A stretch of 64,000 nucleotides of DNA from Escherichia phage vB_EcoM_RZ: sequence record MW598459; one strand, written 5' to 3'. The notes under the pieces are model-generated. The model saw only the letters and a program-made list of their open reading frames with translations, had not been told where the DNA came from and searched no databases. Shown here piece after piece: positions 13,336 to 23,169 of this stretch. Each line of letters starts with the position of its first letter. The stretch's first letter is position 1. The position numbers and the translations under genes are program-made.

Positions 13336-13941
13336 GTGATTATTTCTAAATTTGTTGAAGTTAAAATACGAAATCATGCAAAATGGTGGAGTGAATACTT
13401 AGGTAAAACTCTAACATACCATGATGTAATTTCTGTTCCAGTTGAACAAATGCCAGATAATAGTAATAAAAAGATTGAGTGTTCCTGTGATGAATGTGGG
13501 GTACATTTTGAGCGCGGCATTCAGCTGCTTCGTCGTGTTGATAAACATTTATGTAAAGCATGTTCAAGAAAAGATATTGGACAAAAGAATGTTATTGCGC
13601 AAGGTGGTGTACCAAGACCATGGCAACGCGGTGAAAAACATCATAGCTGGAAGGGTAATAAGCGCGAATTCTATTTGTATGCTCAACGCGTTCATGCATT
13701 GACAAGAGCAAAACATCTAAAGAATATTTGGTCAACATGGGAAAATGCAGATAAGATAGGAAAATGTGGAGAAGATGGTGCATATCAACTTGACCACAAA
13801 GTTTCTATTGCATATGGATTTTATAATCACATACCAGAGACTGTTATCGCTTCGCTCAACAATTTAGAAATAGTCACTTGGGAATCTAATAGGTCCAAAG
13901 GAAAATCAAATAGTATTGACTTATGGGATATATTATCCTGA
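13336..13941 (+). CDS. HNH-family homing endonuclease-like protein
   Basis: C-terminal QLDHKVSIAYGFYNHIPETVIASLNNLEIVTWESNRSKG fits an HNH/HNN motif; CxxC...CxxC zinc-finger-like pairs; GTG start after AAGGA; T4 has no gene between 18 and 19 as far as I recall. Confidence 0.6.
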   Translation: MIISKFVEVKIRNHAKWWSEYLGKTLTYHDVISVPVEQMPDNSNKKIECSCDECGVHFERGIQLLRRVDKHLCKACSRKDIGQKNVIAQGGVPRPWQRGEKHHSWKGNKREFYLYAQRVHALTRAKHLKNIWSTWENADKIGKCGEDGAYQLDHKVSIAYGFYNHIPETVIASLNNLEIVTWESNRSKGKSNSIDLWDILS

Positions 13942-13965
13942 CAGTAAATGTAATTAAGCAGTAAA

Positions 13966-14018
13966 CCGTAGAACCATTATACAATGCTATAAATAAAAGC
14001 ATATCATCGGTTCTACGG
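13966..14018. repeat. 10-bp perfect inverted repeat (CCGTAGAACC / GGTTCTACGG) enclosing TATAAATA
   Basis: arms at 13966-13975 and 14009-14018; loop carries TATAAATA (13988-13995) and, on the other strand, TATAAT. Confidence 0.6.
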
Positions 14019-14076
14019 ACTCCTCAGAGCTCCTCCAGCGACCTAAATACATTTATTGATGAATCATATTACCTAG

Positions 14077-14084
14077 TATAAATA
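14077..14084 (+). promoter_or_regulatory. late promoter (TATAAATA) for gene 19
   Basis: exact TATAAATA about 50 nt upstream of gene 19 ATG. Confidence 0.55.
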
Positions 14085-14136
14085 CATGCATCAGGGACGC
14101 GTTCGCGCGACCTGTGTCTATAAAGAGGATTCCTTA

Positions 14137-14628
14137 ATGGAGTTGACCGATATCACACGCGCTTTCGAATCCGGCGACTTTGCTCGCCCTAACCTGTTCG
14201 AAGTCGAAATCCCATTCCTGGGTAAAAACTTTGCTTTCCATTGTAAAGCAGCCCCGATGCCTGCTGGCATTGTAGAAAAAGTTCCTGTTGGTTACATGAA
14301 CCGTAAAATCAACGTTGCGGGCGACCGTACATTTGATGACTGGACTATTACGATTTATAACGACGATGCTCATAAAGTTCGTCAAGCAATTGTTGATTGG
14401 CAAAATCTGTGTCACGGTATGACTAACGAAATCACCGGTGCAGCTCCTGCTGATTATAAGAAAACCGCTACTGTCCGCCAGTTCCATCGTGATGGCAAGA
14501 CCGTTACGAAAGAAGTTGTTATTACCGGCATGTGGCCAACCAACGTTGGGGAAGTCCAGATGGATTGGGACTCCAATAACGAAATTGAAACGTTCGAAGC
14601 GACGTTCGCAATTGACTGGTGGGAATAA
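14137..14628 (+). CDS. 19: tail tube protein gp19
   Basis: MELTDITRAFESGDFARPNLFEVEIPFLG matches remembered T4 gp19 N-terminus; 163 aa; start moved to the internal ATG after SD AAGAGGA. Confidence 0.9.
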   Translation: MELTDITRAFESGDFARPNLFEVEIPFLGKNFAFHCKAAPMPAGIVEKVPVGYMNRKINVAGDRTFDDWTITIYNDDAHKVRQAIVDWQNLCHGMTNEITGAAPADYKKTATVRQFHRDGKTVTKEVVITGMWPTNVGEVQMDWDSNNEIETFEATFAIDWWE

Positions 14629-14629
14629 G

Positions 14630-14637
14630 TATAAATA
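14630..14637 (+). promoter_or_regulatory. late promoter (TATAAATA) for gene 20
   Basis: exact TATAAATA; followed by GAGGCTTCGGCCTC hairpin (14648-14661) in the leader. Confidence 0.55.
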
Positions 14638-14685
14638 AAGTTATTATGAGGCTTCGGCCTCATTTCCCAAACTTCGGAGACTCTA

Positions 14686-16260
14686 ATGGCAGGTTTTAAT
14701 ACAATACTAAATTTTCTTAAGCCTTGGGCTAAAGAAGATGAACAAGAATATAAGCAACAAGAAAAAAATAATTTAGAGTCAATGACCGGGCCGAAGTTTG
14801 ATGATGGGGCTCGCGAAATTGAGTCACAAGAACAAAACGTCCCGTATAATGCATTGATGCAACAGATGTTCGGGAGCAATGAACCTGAAGTAAAAAATAC
14901 CAGGGAATTAATTGACACCTACCGCAACTTACTAAATAATTATGAAGTTGATAACGCAGTGCAAGAAATTGTGTCTGATGCTATCGTTTTTGAAGACGGT
15001 AAAGATGTTGTAGCTCTTAACCTTGATGCTACCGAATTTAGTCAGAAAATTAAAGACCGAATCCTCGAAGAATTTTCGGAAGTCAATAACCTCCTTAATT
15101 TCGAGCGCAAAGGTTCTGACCACTTTAAACGTTGGTATGTGGATTCTCGAATTTTCTTCCACAAAATTATCAACCCATCAAAACTTAAAGATGGAGTTCA
15201 AGAACTTCGTCGCCTTGACCCAAGACAAATCCAGTTCATCCGTGAAATCGTTACACGCATGGAAAACGGTACAAAAATTGTCGACGGTTACAGAGAATAT
15301 TTTGTATACGATACTGGCCATGAAAGTTATTGTGCCGATGGTCGTATATATGAAGCAGGTACTAAAATAAAAATTCCTCGTGCGGCGATTGTATATGCGC
15401 ATTCTGGATTACTTGATTGCTGCGGCAAGAATATCATCGGATACTTGCAACGAGCAATTAAACCTGCAAACCAATTAAAACTATTAGAAGATGCTTTAGT
15501 CATTTATCGTATAACTCGTGCTCCAGACCGCCGAGTCTTTTATATCGATACCGGGAATATGCCGTCCCGTAAAGCAGCAGCACACATGCAACATATTATG
15601 AACACGATGAAAAACCGTGTCGTATATGATGCAACTACGGGTAAAATCAAAAACCAACAGCACAACATGTCAATGACGGAAGACTATTGGTTGCAACGTC
15701 GTGATGGTAAAGCAGTCACTGAAGTTGATACACTCCCGGGTGCACAAGGCATGTCGGATATGGACGATGTTCGCTGGTTTAAGAACAACCTATATCAGGC
15801 TCTCCGAATTCCATTATCTCGTATCCCTAATGACCAAAACAGTGGTGTTATGTTTGATGCGGGCGCGACAATTACTCGCGATGAATTGAATTTCTCTAAA
15901 TGGATTCGACAGCTACAGAATAAATTTGAAGAAGTTTTCCTCGACCCACTTAAAACCAACCTTATCCTGAAAAAAATTATTTCAGAAGAGGAATGGGAAA
16001 AGGAACTAAATAATATTAAAGTTACGTTCAACCGTGATAGCTATTTCACTGAAATGAAAGATGCAGAAATCATGGAACGCAGAATCAATATGCTAACGAT
16101 GGCTGAACCGTTTATCGGTAAATATATTTCGCATCAAACGGCTATGAAGGATTTCCTCCAGATGTCTGATGAAGAAATTAATCAAGAAGCTAAGCAAATT
16201 GAATTGGAGTCCAAAGAGGCTCGTTTCCAAAACCCTGAAGAAGAAGAAGAGGATTTCTAA
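14686..16260 (+). CDS. 20: portal vertex protein gp20
   Basis: 524 aa (T4 524 aa); acidic C-terminus; synteny 19-20-67. Confidence 0.9.
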   Translation: MAGFNTILNFLKPWAKEDEQEYKQQEKNNLESMTGPKFDDGAREIESQEQNVPYNALMQQMFGSNEPEVKNTRELIDTYRNLLNNYEVDNAVQEIVSDAIVFEDGKDVVALNLDATEFSQKIKDRILEEFSEVNNLLNFERKGSDHFKRWYVDSRIFFHKIINPSKLKDGVQELRRLDPRQIQFIREIVTRMENGTKIVDGYREYFVYDTGHESYCADGRIYEAGTKIKIPRAAIVYAHSGLLDCCGKNIIGYLQRAIKPANQLKLLEDALVIYRITRAPDRRVFYIDTGNMPSRKAAAHMQHIMNTMKNRVVYDATTGKIKNQQHNMSMTEDYWLQRRDGKAVTEVDTLPGAQGMSDMDDVRWFKNNLYQALRIPLSRIPNDQNSGVMFDAGATITRDELNFSKWIRQLQNKFEEVFLDPLKTNLILKKIISEEEWEKELNNIKVTFNRDSYFTEMKDAEIMERRINMLTMAEPFIGKYISHQTAMKDFLQMSDEEINQEAKQIELESKEARFQNPEEEEEDF

Positions 16261-16520
16261 TGGATGATTTATTTGAAGCCATTAAATCAAACGACCTCGT
16301 AGCCGTTCGCAAATATTTTGCTGAAAACATTGGCCCAGTATGCGGTAGTTTGATTGAAGAACGTAAGATTGAAATTGCACGTTCCATCATGATTGAAGGC
16401 GAAGAGCCTAAAGATGATGAAGATGAAGACAAGGACGACGGTAAAGCAGAAAAGAAAGACAAAAAAGAATCTGATGACGCTGACGAAGGCGACGATGATG
16501 AAGATGAGGACGATGAATAA
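16260..16520 (+). CDS. 67: prohead core protein gp67
   Basis: 86 aa with highly acidic D/E-rich C-terminal half, as in T4 gp67; ATGA coupling with gene 20. Confidence 0.7.
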   Translation: MDDLFEAIKSNDLVAVRKYFAENIGPVCGSLIEERKIEIARSIMIEGEEPKDDEDEDKDDGKAEKKDKKESDDADEGDDDEDEDDE

Positions 16521-16948
16521 TGTTTATTATCCCTGATGATTACGAATTAACTCTTGAAAACATCGAAAGTGTTTCCGAAGAAGCTCAGGGACAATTTGAT
16601 TCATTATCTGAAGCCTTAGAAAAAGACGATATAAATATTATTGTAGAAAACATGTTTGCAGCCGGTGAATACGAAAAAGCAACGGTTATCGGCGCTCTGA
16701 ATGAAGGTGTTCAGCTTAACGAATTTATCGTTAAACATGTATCGTCTCGCGGTGAGTTAACCCGCACAAAAGACCGAGCTACTCGTAAGCGTAATGCTTT
16801 CCAAACAACTGGTCTTTCTAAAGCTAAACGTCGTCAAATTGCCCGTCTGGCTACTAAAACGAAAAGAGCAAACCCATCTACGCAAATCAGAGCAGAGCGC
16901 AAGCGCAAAAAAGCTCGAGCTAAGCGTAAAGCATTCGGACTTGATTAA
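16520..16948 (+). CDS. 68: prohead core protein gp68
   Basis: 142 aa (T4 141 aa); basic C-terminus; translationally coupled. Confidence 0.7.
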   Translation: MFIIPDDYELTLENIESVSEEAQGQFDSLSEALEKDDINIIVENMFAAGEYEKATVIGALNEGVQLNEFIVKHVSSRGELTRTKDRATRKRNAFQTTGLSKAKRRQIARLATKTKRANPSTQIRAERKRKKARAKRKAFGLD

Positions 16949-17586
16949 TGGAACAGAAACCAGAGTTACTAATCGAACACTGGGGTCAACCGGGCGAAAT
17001 TAAAGATGGTGTACCGATGTTGGAATCTCATGATGGTTCCAGCAGCGGTTTAAAGCCAGGACTTTATATTGAAGGTATTTTCCTACAAGCTGAAGTTGTT
17101 AACCGTAATAAACGACTTTATCCTAAACATATTTTGGAAAAAGCCGTTGCGGACTATATCGCCGAACAGGTTGAAACCAAGCAGTCTCTTGGAGAATTAA
17201 ACCATCCACCTCGTGCAAACGTTGACCCTATGCAGGCGGCAATTATTATCGAGGAAATGTGGTGGAAAGGGAATGATGTATATGGCCGCGCTCGTATTAT
17301 CGAAGGCGACCATGGCCCAGGTGATAAACTTGCTGCGAATATAAGAGCAGGTTGGATTCCTGGTGTATCTAGTCGTGGACTTGGTTCCCTGACTAAATCA
17401 GCAAAAGGTTATAGCATCGTTAATGAAGGTTTTAAATTGACGGTTGGAGTAGACGCAGTATGGGGGCCAAGTGCTCCGGACGCTTGGGTCAAACCAAAGC
17501 AGATTACAGAATCACAAACGGCTGTTGCCGATACCAGTGCCGATGACGCCTTTATGGCTCTCGCAGAGGCTTTAAAGGCGTTATAA
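16948..17586 (+). CDS. 21: prohead core protein/protease gp21
   Basis: 212 aa; LIEHWGQPGEI...GVPMLESHDG...GELNHPPRANVDPMQAAIIIEEMWWKGNDVYGRARIIEGDHGPGDKLAANIRAGWIPGVSSRGLGS near-identical to remembered T4 gp21. Confidence 0.9.
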   Translation: MEQKPELLIEHWGQPGEIKDGVPMLESHDGSSSGLKPGLYIEGIFLQAEVVNRNKRLYPKHILEKAVADYIAEQVETKQSLGELNHPPRANVDPMQAAIIIEEMWWKGNDVYGRARIIEGDHGPGDKLAANIRAGWIPGVSSRGLGSLTKSAKGYSIVNEGFKLTVGVDAVWGPSAPDAWVKPKQITESQTAVADTSADDAFMALAEALKAL

Positions 17587-17589
17587 ATA
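17582..17589 (+). promoter_or_regulatory. late promoter (TATAAATA) for gene 22
   Basis: exact TATAAATA 30 nt before gene 22 ATG. Confidence 0.55.
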
Positions 17590-17618
17590 AATGTATATCT
17601 TAACAACAGGACTACAAA

Positions 17619-18437
17619 ATGCTTAAAGAACAACTCATTGCCGAAGCTCAGAATATCGATGCTTCCGTTGCTCTCGATAGTATTTTCGAATCAGTTAATT
17701 TGTCCCCGGAAGCGAAAGCTACCTTCGGCACTGTATTCGAAGCTACCGTCAAGCAACACGCCATCAAACTGGCAGAATCTCACATTCACGCCATCGCTGA
17801 AAAAGCTGAAGAAGAAGTCGAAAAGAATAAAGAAGAATCCGACGAAAAAGCAGAGAAAAAACTGAAAGAATCTGCAGCTAAATTCCTGGACCACGTTGCT
17901 AAAGAATGGCTTGCTGAAAATAAACTGGCTGTCGACCGTGGCATTAAAGCTGACCTGTTCGAATCCATGTTCACCGGCATGAAAGAACTGTTCGTTGAGC
18001 ACAACGTTGTTGTTCCGGAAGAATCTGTCGATGTTGTCGCAGAAATGCAGGAAGAACTGGCTGAACAGAAAGAAGAAACCGCTAGCCTGTTCGAAGAAGT
18101 TTCTAAGCGTGATGCTTATATCAATTATGTCCAACGTGAAGTTGCGTTGACTGAAGCAACTAAAGACCTGACTGAATCTCAGAAAGAAAAAGTTGGTTCT
18201 CTGGTAGAAGGCATGGAATACTCTGATGCATTCGGTACCAAAATTGGCGCTATCGTTGAAATGGTTAAAGGACAGGTAGAACCCACCGACAAACCAATCA
18301 CCGAAGCCGCTATAAATAAAAATGTAGACGATGCTGCGGCACTGAATTACATTTCAGAAGCAGTTGAAGAAAAAGGCGCCAAGCCTACCCTGTCCTTCGC
18401 GGACTTGTCTGCTCTCGCAGCATCACGAATTTCTTAA
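17619..18437 (+). CDS. 22: prohead core scaffold protein gp22
   Basis: 272 aa, E/K-rich helical scaffold-like sequence (T4 gp22 about 269 aa); between 21 and 23. Confidence 0.85.
   Translation: MLKEQLIAEAQNIDASVALDSIFESVNLSPEAKATFGTVFEATVKQHAIKLAESHIHAIAEKAEEEVEKNKEESDEKAEKKLKESAAKFLDHVAKEWLAENKLAVDRGIKADLFESMFTGMKELFVEHNVVVPEESVDVVAEMQEELAEQKEETASLFEEVSKRDAYINYVQREVALTEATKDLTESQKEKVGSLVEGMEYSDAFGTKIGAIVEMVKGQVEPTDKPITEAAINKNVDDAAALNYISEAVEEKGAKPTLSFADLSALAASRIS
18311..18318 (+). promoter_or_regulatory. TATAAATA inside gene 22, candidate late promoter for gene 23
   Basis: exact motif 141 nt upstream of gene 23 ATG; no TATAAATA in the 22-23 intergenic spacer. Confidence 0.4.
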
Positions 18438-18458
18438 TTTAATAAGGTTATACAACAC

Positions 18459-20018
18459 ATGAAAAAGAATGCATTAGTTCAAAAATGGTCCGCTCTGCTG
18501 GAAAACGAAGCTCTTCCGGAAATCGTTGGTGCTTCTAAACAAGCTATCATCGCTAAAATCTTTGAAAACCAGGAACAAGATATTCTGACCGCTCCTGAAT
18601 ACCGTGACGAAAAAATCTCCGAAGCATTTGGTTCTTTCCTGACCGAAGCTGAAATCGGTGGTGACCATGGTTATGATGCTACCAATATTGCTGCTGGCCA
18701 GACCTCTGGTGCAGTAACTCAGATTGGGCCGGCAGTTATGGGTATGGTTCGTCGTGCTATCCCGCATCTGATTGCGTTTGATATTTGTGGCGTACAGCCT
18801 CTGAACAACCCGACTGGCCAGGTATTTGCACTGCGTGCAGTATACGGTAAAGACCCTGTCGCTGCTGGTGCTAAAGAAGCTTTCCATCCGATGTATGCTC
18901 CGAACGCTATGTTCTCTGGTCAGGGCGCTGCTCAGACTTTTGAAGCACTGGCTGCAAGCAAAGTTCTGGAAGTTGGTAAAATTTATTCTCACTTCTTCGA
19001 AGCAACCGGTTCTGCACACTTCCAGGCTGTTGAAGCTGTAACTGTTGATGCTGCTGCTACCGATGCTGCTAAACTTGACGCTGCTGTTACCGCTCTGGTT
19101 GAAGCTGGTCAGCTGGCTGAACTGGCTGAAGGTATGGCTACCTCCATCGCCGAACTGCAAGAAGGTTTTAACGGTTCCCAGGATAACCCGTGGAACGAAA
19201 TGGGCTTCCGCATCGACAAACAAGTTATCGAAGCTAAATCCCGTCAGCTGAAAGCAAGCTACTCCATCGAACTGGCACAGGACCTCCGCGCTGTTCACGG
19301 TATGGATGCTGATGCCGAATTGAGTGGTATTCTGGCTACCGAAATTATGCTGGAAATCAACCGCGAAGTTATCGATTGGATTAACTACTCCGCACAGGTT
19401 GGTAAATCTGGTATGACCAACACCGTTGGCGCTAAAGCTGGTGTGTTTGACTTCCAGGACCCGATTGATATCCGTGGTGCTCGTTGGGCTGGTGAAAGCT
19501 TCAAAGCTTTACTGTTCCAGATTGATAAAGAAGCCGCTGAAATCGCTCGTCAGACCGGTCGTGGTGCAGGTAACTTCATCATCGCTTCCCGTAACGTAGT
19601 TAACGTGCTGGCTGCTGTTGATACTTCTGTTAGTTATGCTGCTCAGGGTCTGGGTAAAGGTTTCAACGTTGACACCACTAAAGCTGTGTTCGCTGGTGTA
19701 CTTGGTGGTAAATACCGCGTATACATCGACCAGTATGCTCGTGCAGATTACTTCACCATCGGTTACAAAGGCGCTAACGAAATGGATGCTGGTATCTACT
19801 ACGCACCATATGTTGCACTGACCCCGCTGCGTGGTTCTGACCCGAAAAACTTCCAGCCGGTTATGGGCTTCAAAACCCGTTACGGTATCGGTATCAACCC
19901 GTTTGCTGACCCTGCTGCTCAGGCTCCGACCAAGCGCATTCAGAACGGCATGCCGGACATCGTTAACAGCCTTGGCTTGAACGGTTACTTCCGCCGCGTA
20001 TATGTTAAAGGAATTTAA
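18459..20018 (+). CDS. 23: major capsid protein gp23
   Basis: 519 aa (T4 521 aa); typical N-terminal propeptide region; codon usage of a highly expressed gene; followed by strong terminator. Confidence 0.95.
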   Translation: MKKNALVQKWSALLENEALPEIVGASKQAIIAKIFENQEQDILTAPEYRDEKISEAFGSFLTEAEIGGDHGYDATNIAAGQTSGAVTQIGPAVMGMVRRAIPHLIAFDICGVQPLNNPTGQVFALRAVYGKDPVAAGAKEAFHPMYAPNAMFSGQGAAQTFEALAASKVLEVGKIYSHFFEATGSAHFQAVEAVTVDAAATDAAKLDAAVTALVEAGQLAELAEGMATSIAELQEGFNGSQDNPWNEMGFRIDKQVIEAKSRQLKASYSIELAQDLRAVHGMDADAELSGILATEIMLEINREVIDWINYSAQVGKSGMTNTVGAKAGVFDFQDPIDIRGARWAGESFKALLFQIDKEAAEIARQTGRGAGNFIIASRNVVNVLAAVDTSVSYAAQGLGKGFNVDTTKAVFAGVLGGKYRVYIDQYARADYFTIGYKGANEMDAGIYYAPYVALTPLRGSDPKNFQPVMGFKTRYGIGINPFADPAAQAPTKRIQNGMPDIVNSLGLNGYFRRVYVKGI

Positions 20019-20035
20019 TCCTAGATTAAATTAAA

Positions 20036-20068
20036 TAGAAAGGGACCCTTGAGGTCCCTTTCTTGTTT
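20036..20068. terminator. bidirectional intrinsic terminator after gene 23
   Basis: AAAGGGACCC-TTGA-GGGTCCCTTT hairpin with flanking A/T runs on both strands. Confidence 0.75.
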
Positions 20069-20350
20069 TCATACCATACCATTTAAATGAACTTCTACCC
20101 GGCGCTTGATAAGGTCTCTGAAGTTAACATTGTTTTCTTGAAGTTTCAACCAGTTACCATTTTTATCTTTAGTGTGAGTAGAATAATTACCATTCCACCA
20201 GAAATCAGTGTCATATGCTAAGTTTTCATATTTTTTAACTAGTTTGTTCAGAGCATTACCATTAACACCATTTGGGTATTTGTTGACCAAGGCAATAACT
20301 TCAATTTCCAGATTTTTAAAGGTGTTCAGAAGGAAAGTTGCTTTGTTCAT
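20069..20350 (-). CDS. hypothetical protein, antisense to the late-gene cluster
   Basis: 93-aa ORF with SD GGAG and a sigma70-type early promoter upstream on the minus strand; no recognisable motif. Confidence 0.5.
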   Translation of the reverse strand: MNKATFLLNTFKNLEIEVIALVNKYPNGVNGNALNKLVKKYENLAYDTDFWWNGNYSTHTKDKNGNWLKLQENNVNFRDLIKRRVEVHLNGMV

Positions 20351-20390
20351 TTTTAAACTCCAGGTTTTGTTTGTTAACTCAGTATGGAAT

Positions 20391-20421
20391 CATTATGTCT
20401 TATCTTAATCTGGTTGTAAAC
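20391..20421 (-). promoter_or_regulatory. early-type promoter (GTTTACA-N17-CATAAT)
   Basis: reverse complement reads GTTTACAaccagattaagataagaCATAATg. Confidence 0.55.
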
Positions 20422-20427
20422 AACTTT

Positions 20428-20435
20428 TATAAATA
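20428..20435 (+). promoter_or_regulatory. late promoter (TATAAATA) for gene 24
   Basis: exact TATAAATA 25 nt before gene 24 ATG. Confidence 0.55.
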
Positions 20436-20460
20436 AAGTATATCACAAAAGGAAATAGCA

Positions 20461-21741
20461 ATGGCTAAAATTAACGAACTCTTAAAAGAGTCGACCACGA
20501 CCACAAGTTCTTCGATTGGTCGACCGAATCTAGTAGCTTTAACCAGAGCTACGACTAAACTGATTTACACCGATTTAGTAGCACAACAGCGCACATCCCA
20601 GCCACTGGCGGCATTATACGGTCTTAAATACCTGACTCAGCAAGATGAATTATCTTTCCAGACTGGTGCAACCTATTCCGGTGCAGTATCAGCAAAAGAC
20701 CGTGCGACCATTCCGGTTTTTGTTGCTGGCACAGTTTATGCTAAAGACGATTTGTTCCAGTTTGAAAATGTAGTTTATAAAGCGCTGGTAGCAACTCCAT
20801 TTGCTGGAGCAACGGGCGATGAGTATGACCAGCTTCAAGAAGCGATGGTTAAATTGACCATCCGTATTATGTCCGAAGCTGCAATCACCGAACGTTTTGA
20901 AGGACCACAGGAAGTCGAAATTGCCGAAGCTAAATTTTTGGTTAACAAATGGAATGCTCCGGTTAAATCTCGTAAGCTGAAAAGCACTGTTACAGTGGAA
21001 CTGGCCCAGGACCTGGAAGCAAATGGTTTTGACGCTCCAAACTTCCTGGAAGACCTGTTAGCTACCGAAATGGCTGATGAAATTAACAAAGATATCCTGC
21101 AATCCCTGGTAACAGTTTCCAAGCGTTATAAAGTTGCTGGGCTCTGTGATGATGGCCTGATTGACCTGTCTTATACTAACTCTCCGGAAGCTTCACGCAA
21201 GTTGTACGAAATCATGTGTGAGATGGTCTCCCATATTCAGCGGGCAACTTCTTACACCGCAACATACGTTGTTGCTTCTACGCGTGTAGCTGCAGTTTTG
21301 GCTGGTTCTGGTTGGTTGAAGCATCGTCCACAAGATGAGAAATATCTCTCCGATAATGCGTATGGTTTCTTGGATAATGGTCTACCGCTTTATTGCGATA
21401 CGAACACTCCATTTGATTATGTGACTGTTGGTGTTAAAGAAGATTTCGGTGGGAAAGAGATGGTGGGTTCACTGTTTTATGCACCTTATACCGAAGGTCT
21501 TGACCTGGAAGACCCTGAACATGTTGGTTCGTTCAAAGTTGTCGTTGACCCAGAAAGTTTGCAGCCGTCTATTGCATTAATGGTTCGTTATGCGTTAGCA
21601 GCTAACCCTTATACAGTGACTGCTGATGATAAACAAGCTCGTATTATTGATGCAACAAATATGGATTTGATGGCAGGACGTTCAGATATGTCTGTACTGC
21701 TTGGTGTGAAACTTCCTAAAGTTCTGACTGAAATAAATTAA
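20461..21741 (+). CDS. 24: head vertex protein gp24
   Basis: 426 aa (T4 427 aa); evident paralogy to gp23 core; followed by terminator. Confidence 0.9.
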   Translation: MAKINELLKESTTTTSSSIGRPNLVALTRATTKLIYTDLVAQQRTSQPLAALYGLKYLTQQDELSFQTGATYSGAVSAKDRATIPVFVAGTVYAKDDLFQFENVVYKALVATPFAGATGDEYDQLQEAMVKLTIRIMSEAAITERFEGPQEVEIAEAKFLVNKWNAPVKSRKLKSTVTVELAQDLEANGFDAPNFLEDLLATEMADEINKDILQSLVTVSKRYKVAGLCDDGLIDLSYTNSPEASRKLYEIMCEMVSHIQRATSYTATYVVASTRVAAVLAGSGWLKHRPQDEKYLSDNAYGFLDNGLPLYCDTNTPFDYVTVGVKEDFGGKEMVGSLFYAPYTEGLDLEDPEHVGSFKVVVDPESLQPSIALMVRYALAANPYTVTADDKQARIIDATNMDLMAGRSDMSVLLGVKLPKVLTEIN

Positions 21742-21742
21742 A

Positions 21743-21769
21743 AAGGGACCTTCGGGTCCCTTTATTTTT
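21743..21769. terminator. bidirectional intrinsic terminator between gene 24 and rnlB
   Basis: GGGACC-TTCG-GGTCCC hairpin flanked by A-run and T-run. Confidence 0.75.
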
Positions 21770-22775
21770 ATTCACTAACTAATGCAATCCAAACATGTCT
21801 TAATGTTTCTCTTACATTTGCGATGAGTTGCTTTTTAACTTCAACAGGATTTTCCGTCAGGGACAATTCAAGACCTTCGCGCCCCGCTTCTTCCAGAATA
21901 TCTTGGACTGTTAACCCCATTACTTTTCCAAAATCCTTCGGTGTTACTTCCCCAATTTTACTGATAACATTGTTGATACGGTTAACAGTCACATAATCAG
22001 TGAAATTCCACAGTAAATCCATATCATTTTGGCTCAGAACCACTGCAGCCTTAATAGGCTTATCAGACTTTTTCTTTTCACTGAATTTAGAGTTCTTACA
22101 TTTAATCGCTACACGCTCGCCGTTAGGTAACCATGCAGGAACATCAGGTTTTAATACAAATCCTTCAGCAGTGAATACTTTACCTTCCACCTTTGCATCA
22201 AAATCAGTGGTATTTGCTGTAGTCAAACCTGCGTTATCCACTGTAAAATTGTAATCAGGGACAACAGAATCCAGGTCATTAGGGAGCTTAATTAATTCTT
22301 CAAAACTACCTGTAGCCAGGCGCGGCGCAACCTTAAACTTATGGATAATACAGAATGCTTCCATCAGGGTGTCAGTCAGGACGGATTCAAAACCATCTTC
22401 TTTAGTAACGCGGATATCAAATACATAAAAATCTTTATCACCGTAATCCACATTCTTCTGGATACCTGCCCCGGCAAACTCACCATAAATCTGGTATGCC
22501 TGGTAATTAATATCCTGCAAAAGTTTCTGCACAGATTTAATAGAATCTGCATAGTTCTTTAATACAATTTCATAACCATAGAAATCTTCTGCAGGCAGGA
22601 TAGGTCCAGTGCGTTTCGCACATGTTACATTGTCTTGTTCAATGATTAATGAAAAGTTGGTACCATGAATCTTCTCGCGAGCTACCCATTCACCGCTGGT
22701 GAAGCCTTGCAGGCGAATCTTTTCAATGAACTTGTTGTTATAGTGATTTTCAAGGCTGTTGTATTTCTTAAACAT
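21768..22775 (-). CDS. rnlB: RNA ligase 2
   Basis: 335 aa; [12 protein letters not shown]...[10 protein letters not shown]...[19 protein letters not shown] closely matches remembered T4 Rnl2 including the KxHG nucleotidyl-transferase motif. Confidence 0.9.
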   Translation of the reverse strand: MFKKYNSLENHYNNKFIEKIRLQGFTSGEWVAREKIHGTNFSLIIEQDNVTCAKRTGPILPAEDFYGYEIVLKNYADSIKSVQKLLQDINYQAYQIYGEFAGAGIQKNVDYGDKDFYVFDIRVTKEDGFESVLTDTLMEAFCIIHKFKVAPRLATGSFEELIKLPNDLDSVVPDYNFTVDNAGLTTANTTDFDAKVEGKVFTAEGFVLKPDVPAWLPNGERVAIKCKNSKFSEKKKSDKPIKAAVVLSQNDMDLLWNFTDYVTVNRINNVISKIGEVTPKDFGKVMGLTVQDILEEAGREGLELSLTENPVEVKKQLIANVRETLRHVWIALVSE

Positions 22776-22873
22776 AATCTCTCACTTTTGATGTTATAAA
22801 TATCATTATAAATTAGACCCACTATACTTTCTTTCTCTGAAAGGAATTAATAGTCGCAAAGGGGTCTAGAACC

Positions 22874-22899
22874 ATTATACCACAATTTTATTTGAAGCA
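22874..22899 (-). promoter_or_regulatory. middle-type promoter (MotA box TGCTTCA + TATAAT) for rnlB
   Basis: reverse complement: TTTGCTTCAaataaaattgtggTATAATGGTTCTAGACC. Confidence 0.5.
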
Positions 22900-22905
22900 A
22901 AAAGG

Positions 22906-23169
22906 TCAGAATTTTACATACAGCATTGGCTTGGCTTCTTGCCAATCATAATTCCAGGTAAATGATGTAAATTTTTCTGCTCGCAGAAATTCAGATATCT
23001 TTGCGCGGTTTCCTTCTTCATACTCTTTTTCAGAAACTGCCATATTAACAGCATCTTTGCCATTTTCAGCGGCGGCAATAGCCACTTTGCGGAATATAGC
23101 AATAAAGTCATTTGCAACTTTATCTTGTGACTCTTTGGCCATTTGACGTAGTTCTTCTGCGAATGTCAT
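22906..23169 (-). CDS. hypothetical protein (24.2-like position)
   Basis: 87-aa ORF, coupled to the upstream ORF; position only. Confidence 0.5.
   Translation of the reverse strand: MTFAEELRQMAKESQDKVANDFIAIFRKVAIAAAENGKDAVNMAVSEKEYEEGNRAKISEFLRAEKFTSFTWNYDWQEAKPMLYVKF

Noticed and set aside
18474-19298. 274-aa minus-strand ORF inside gene 23
   Set aside because: Antisense to the major capsid gene; Ser/Phe-rich low-complexity; product of codon bias in a highly expressed gene.
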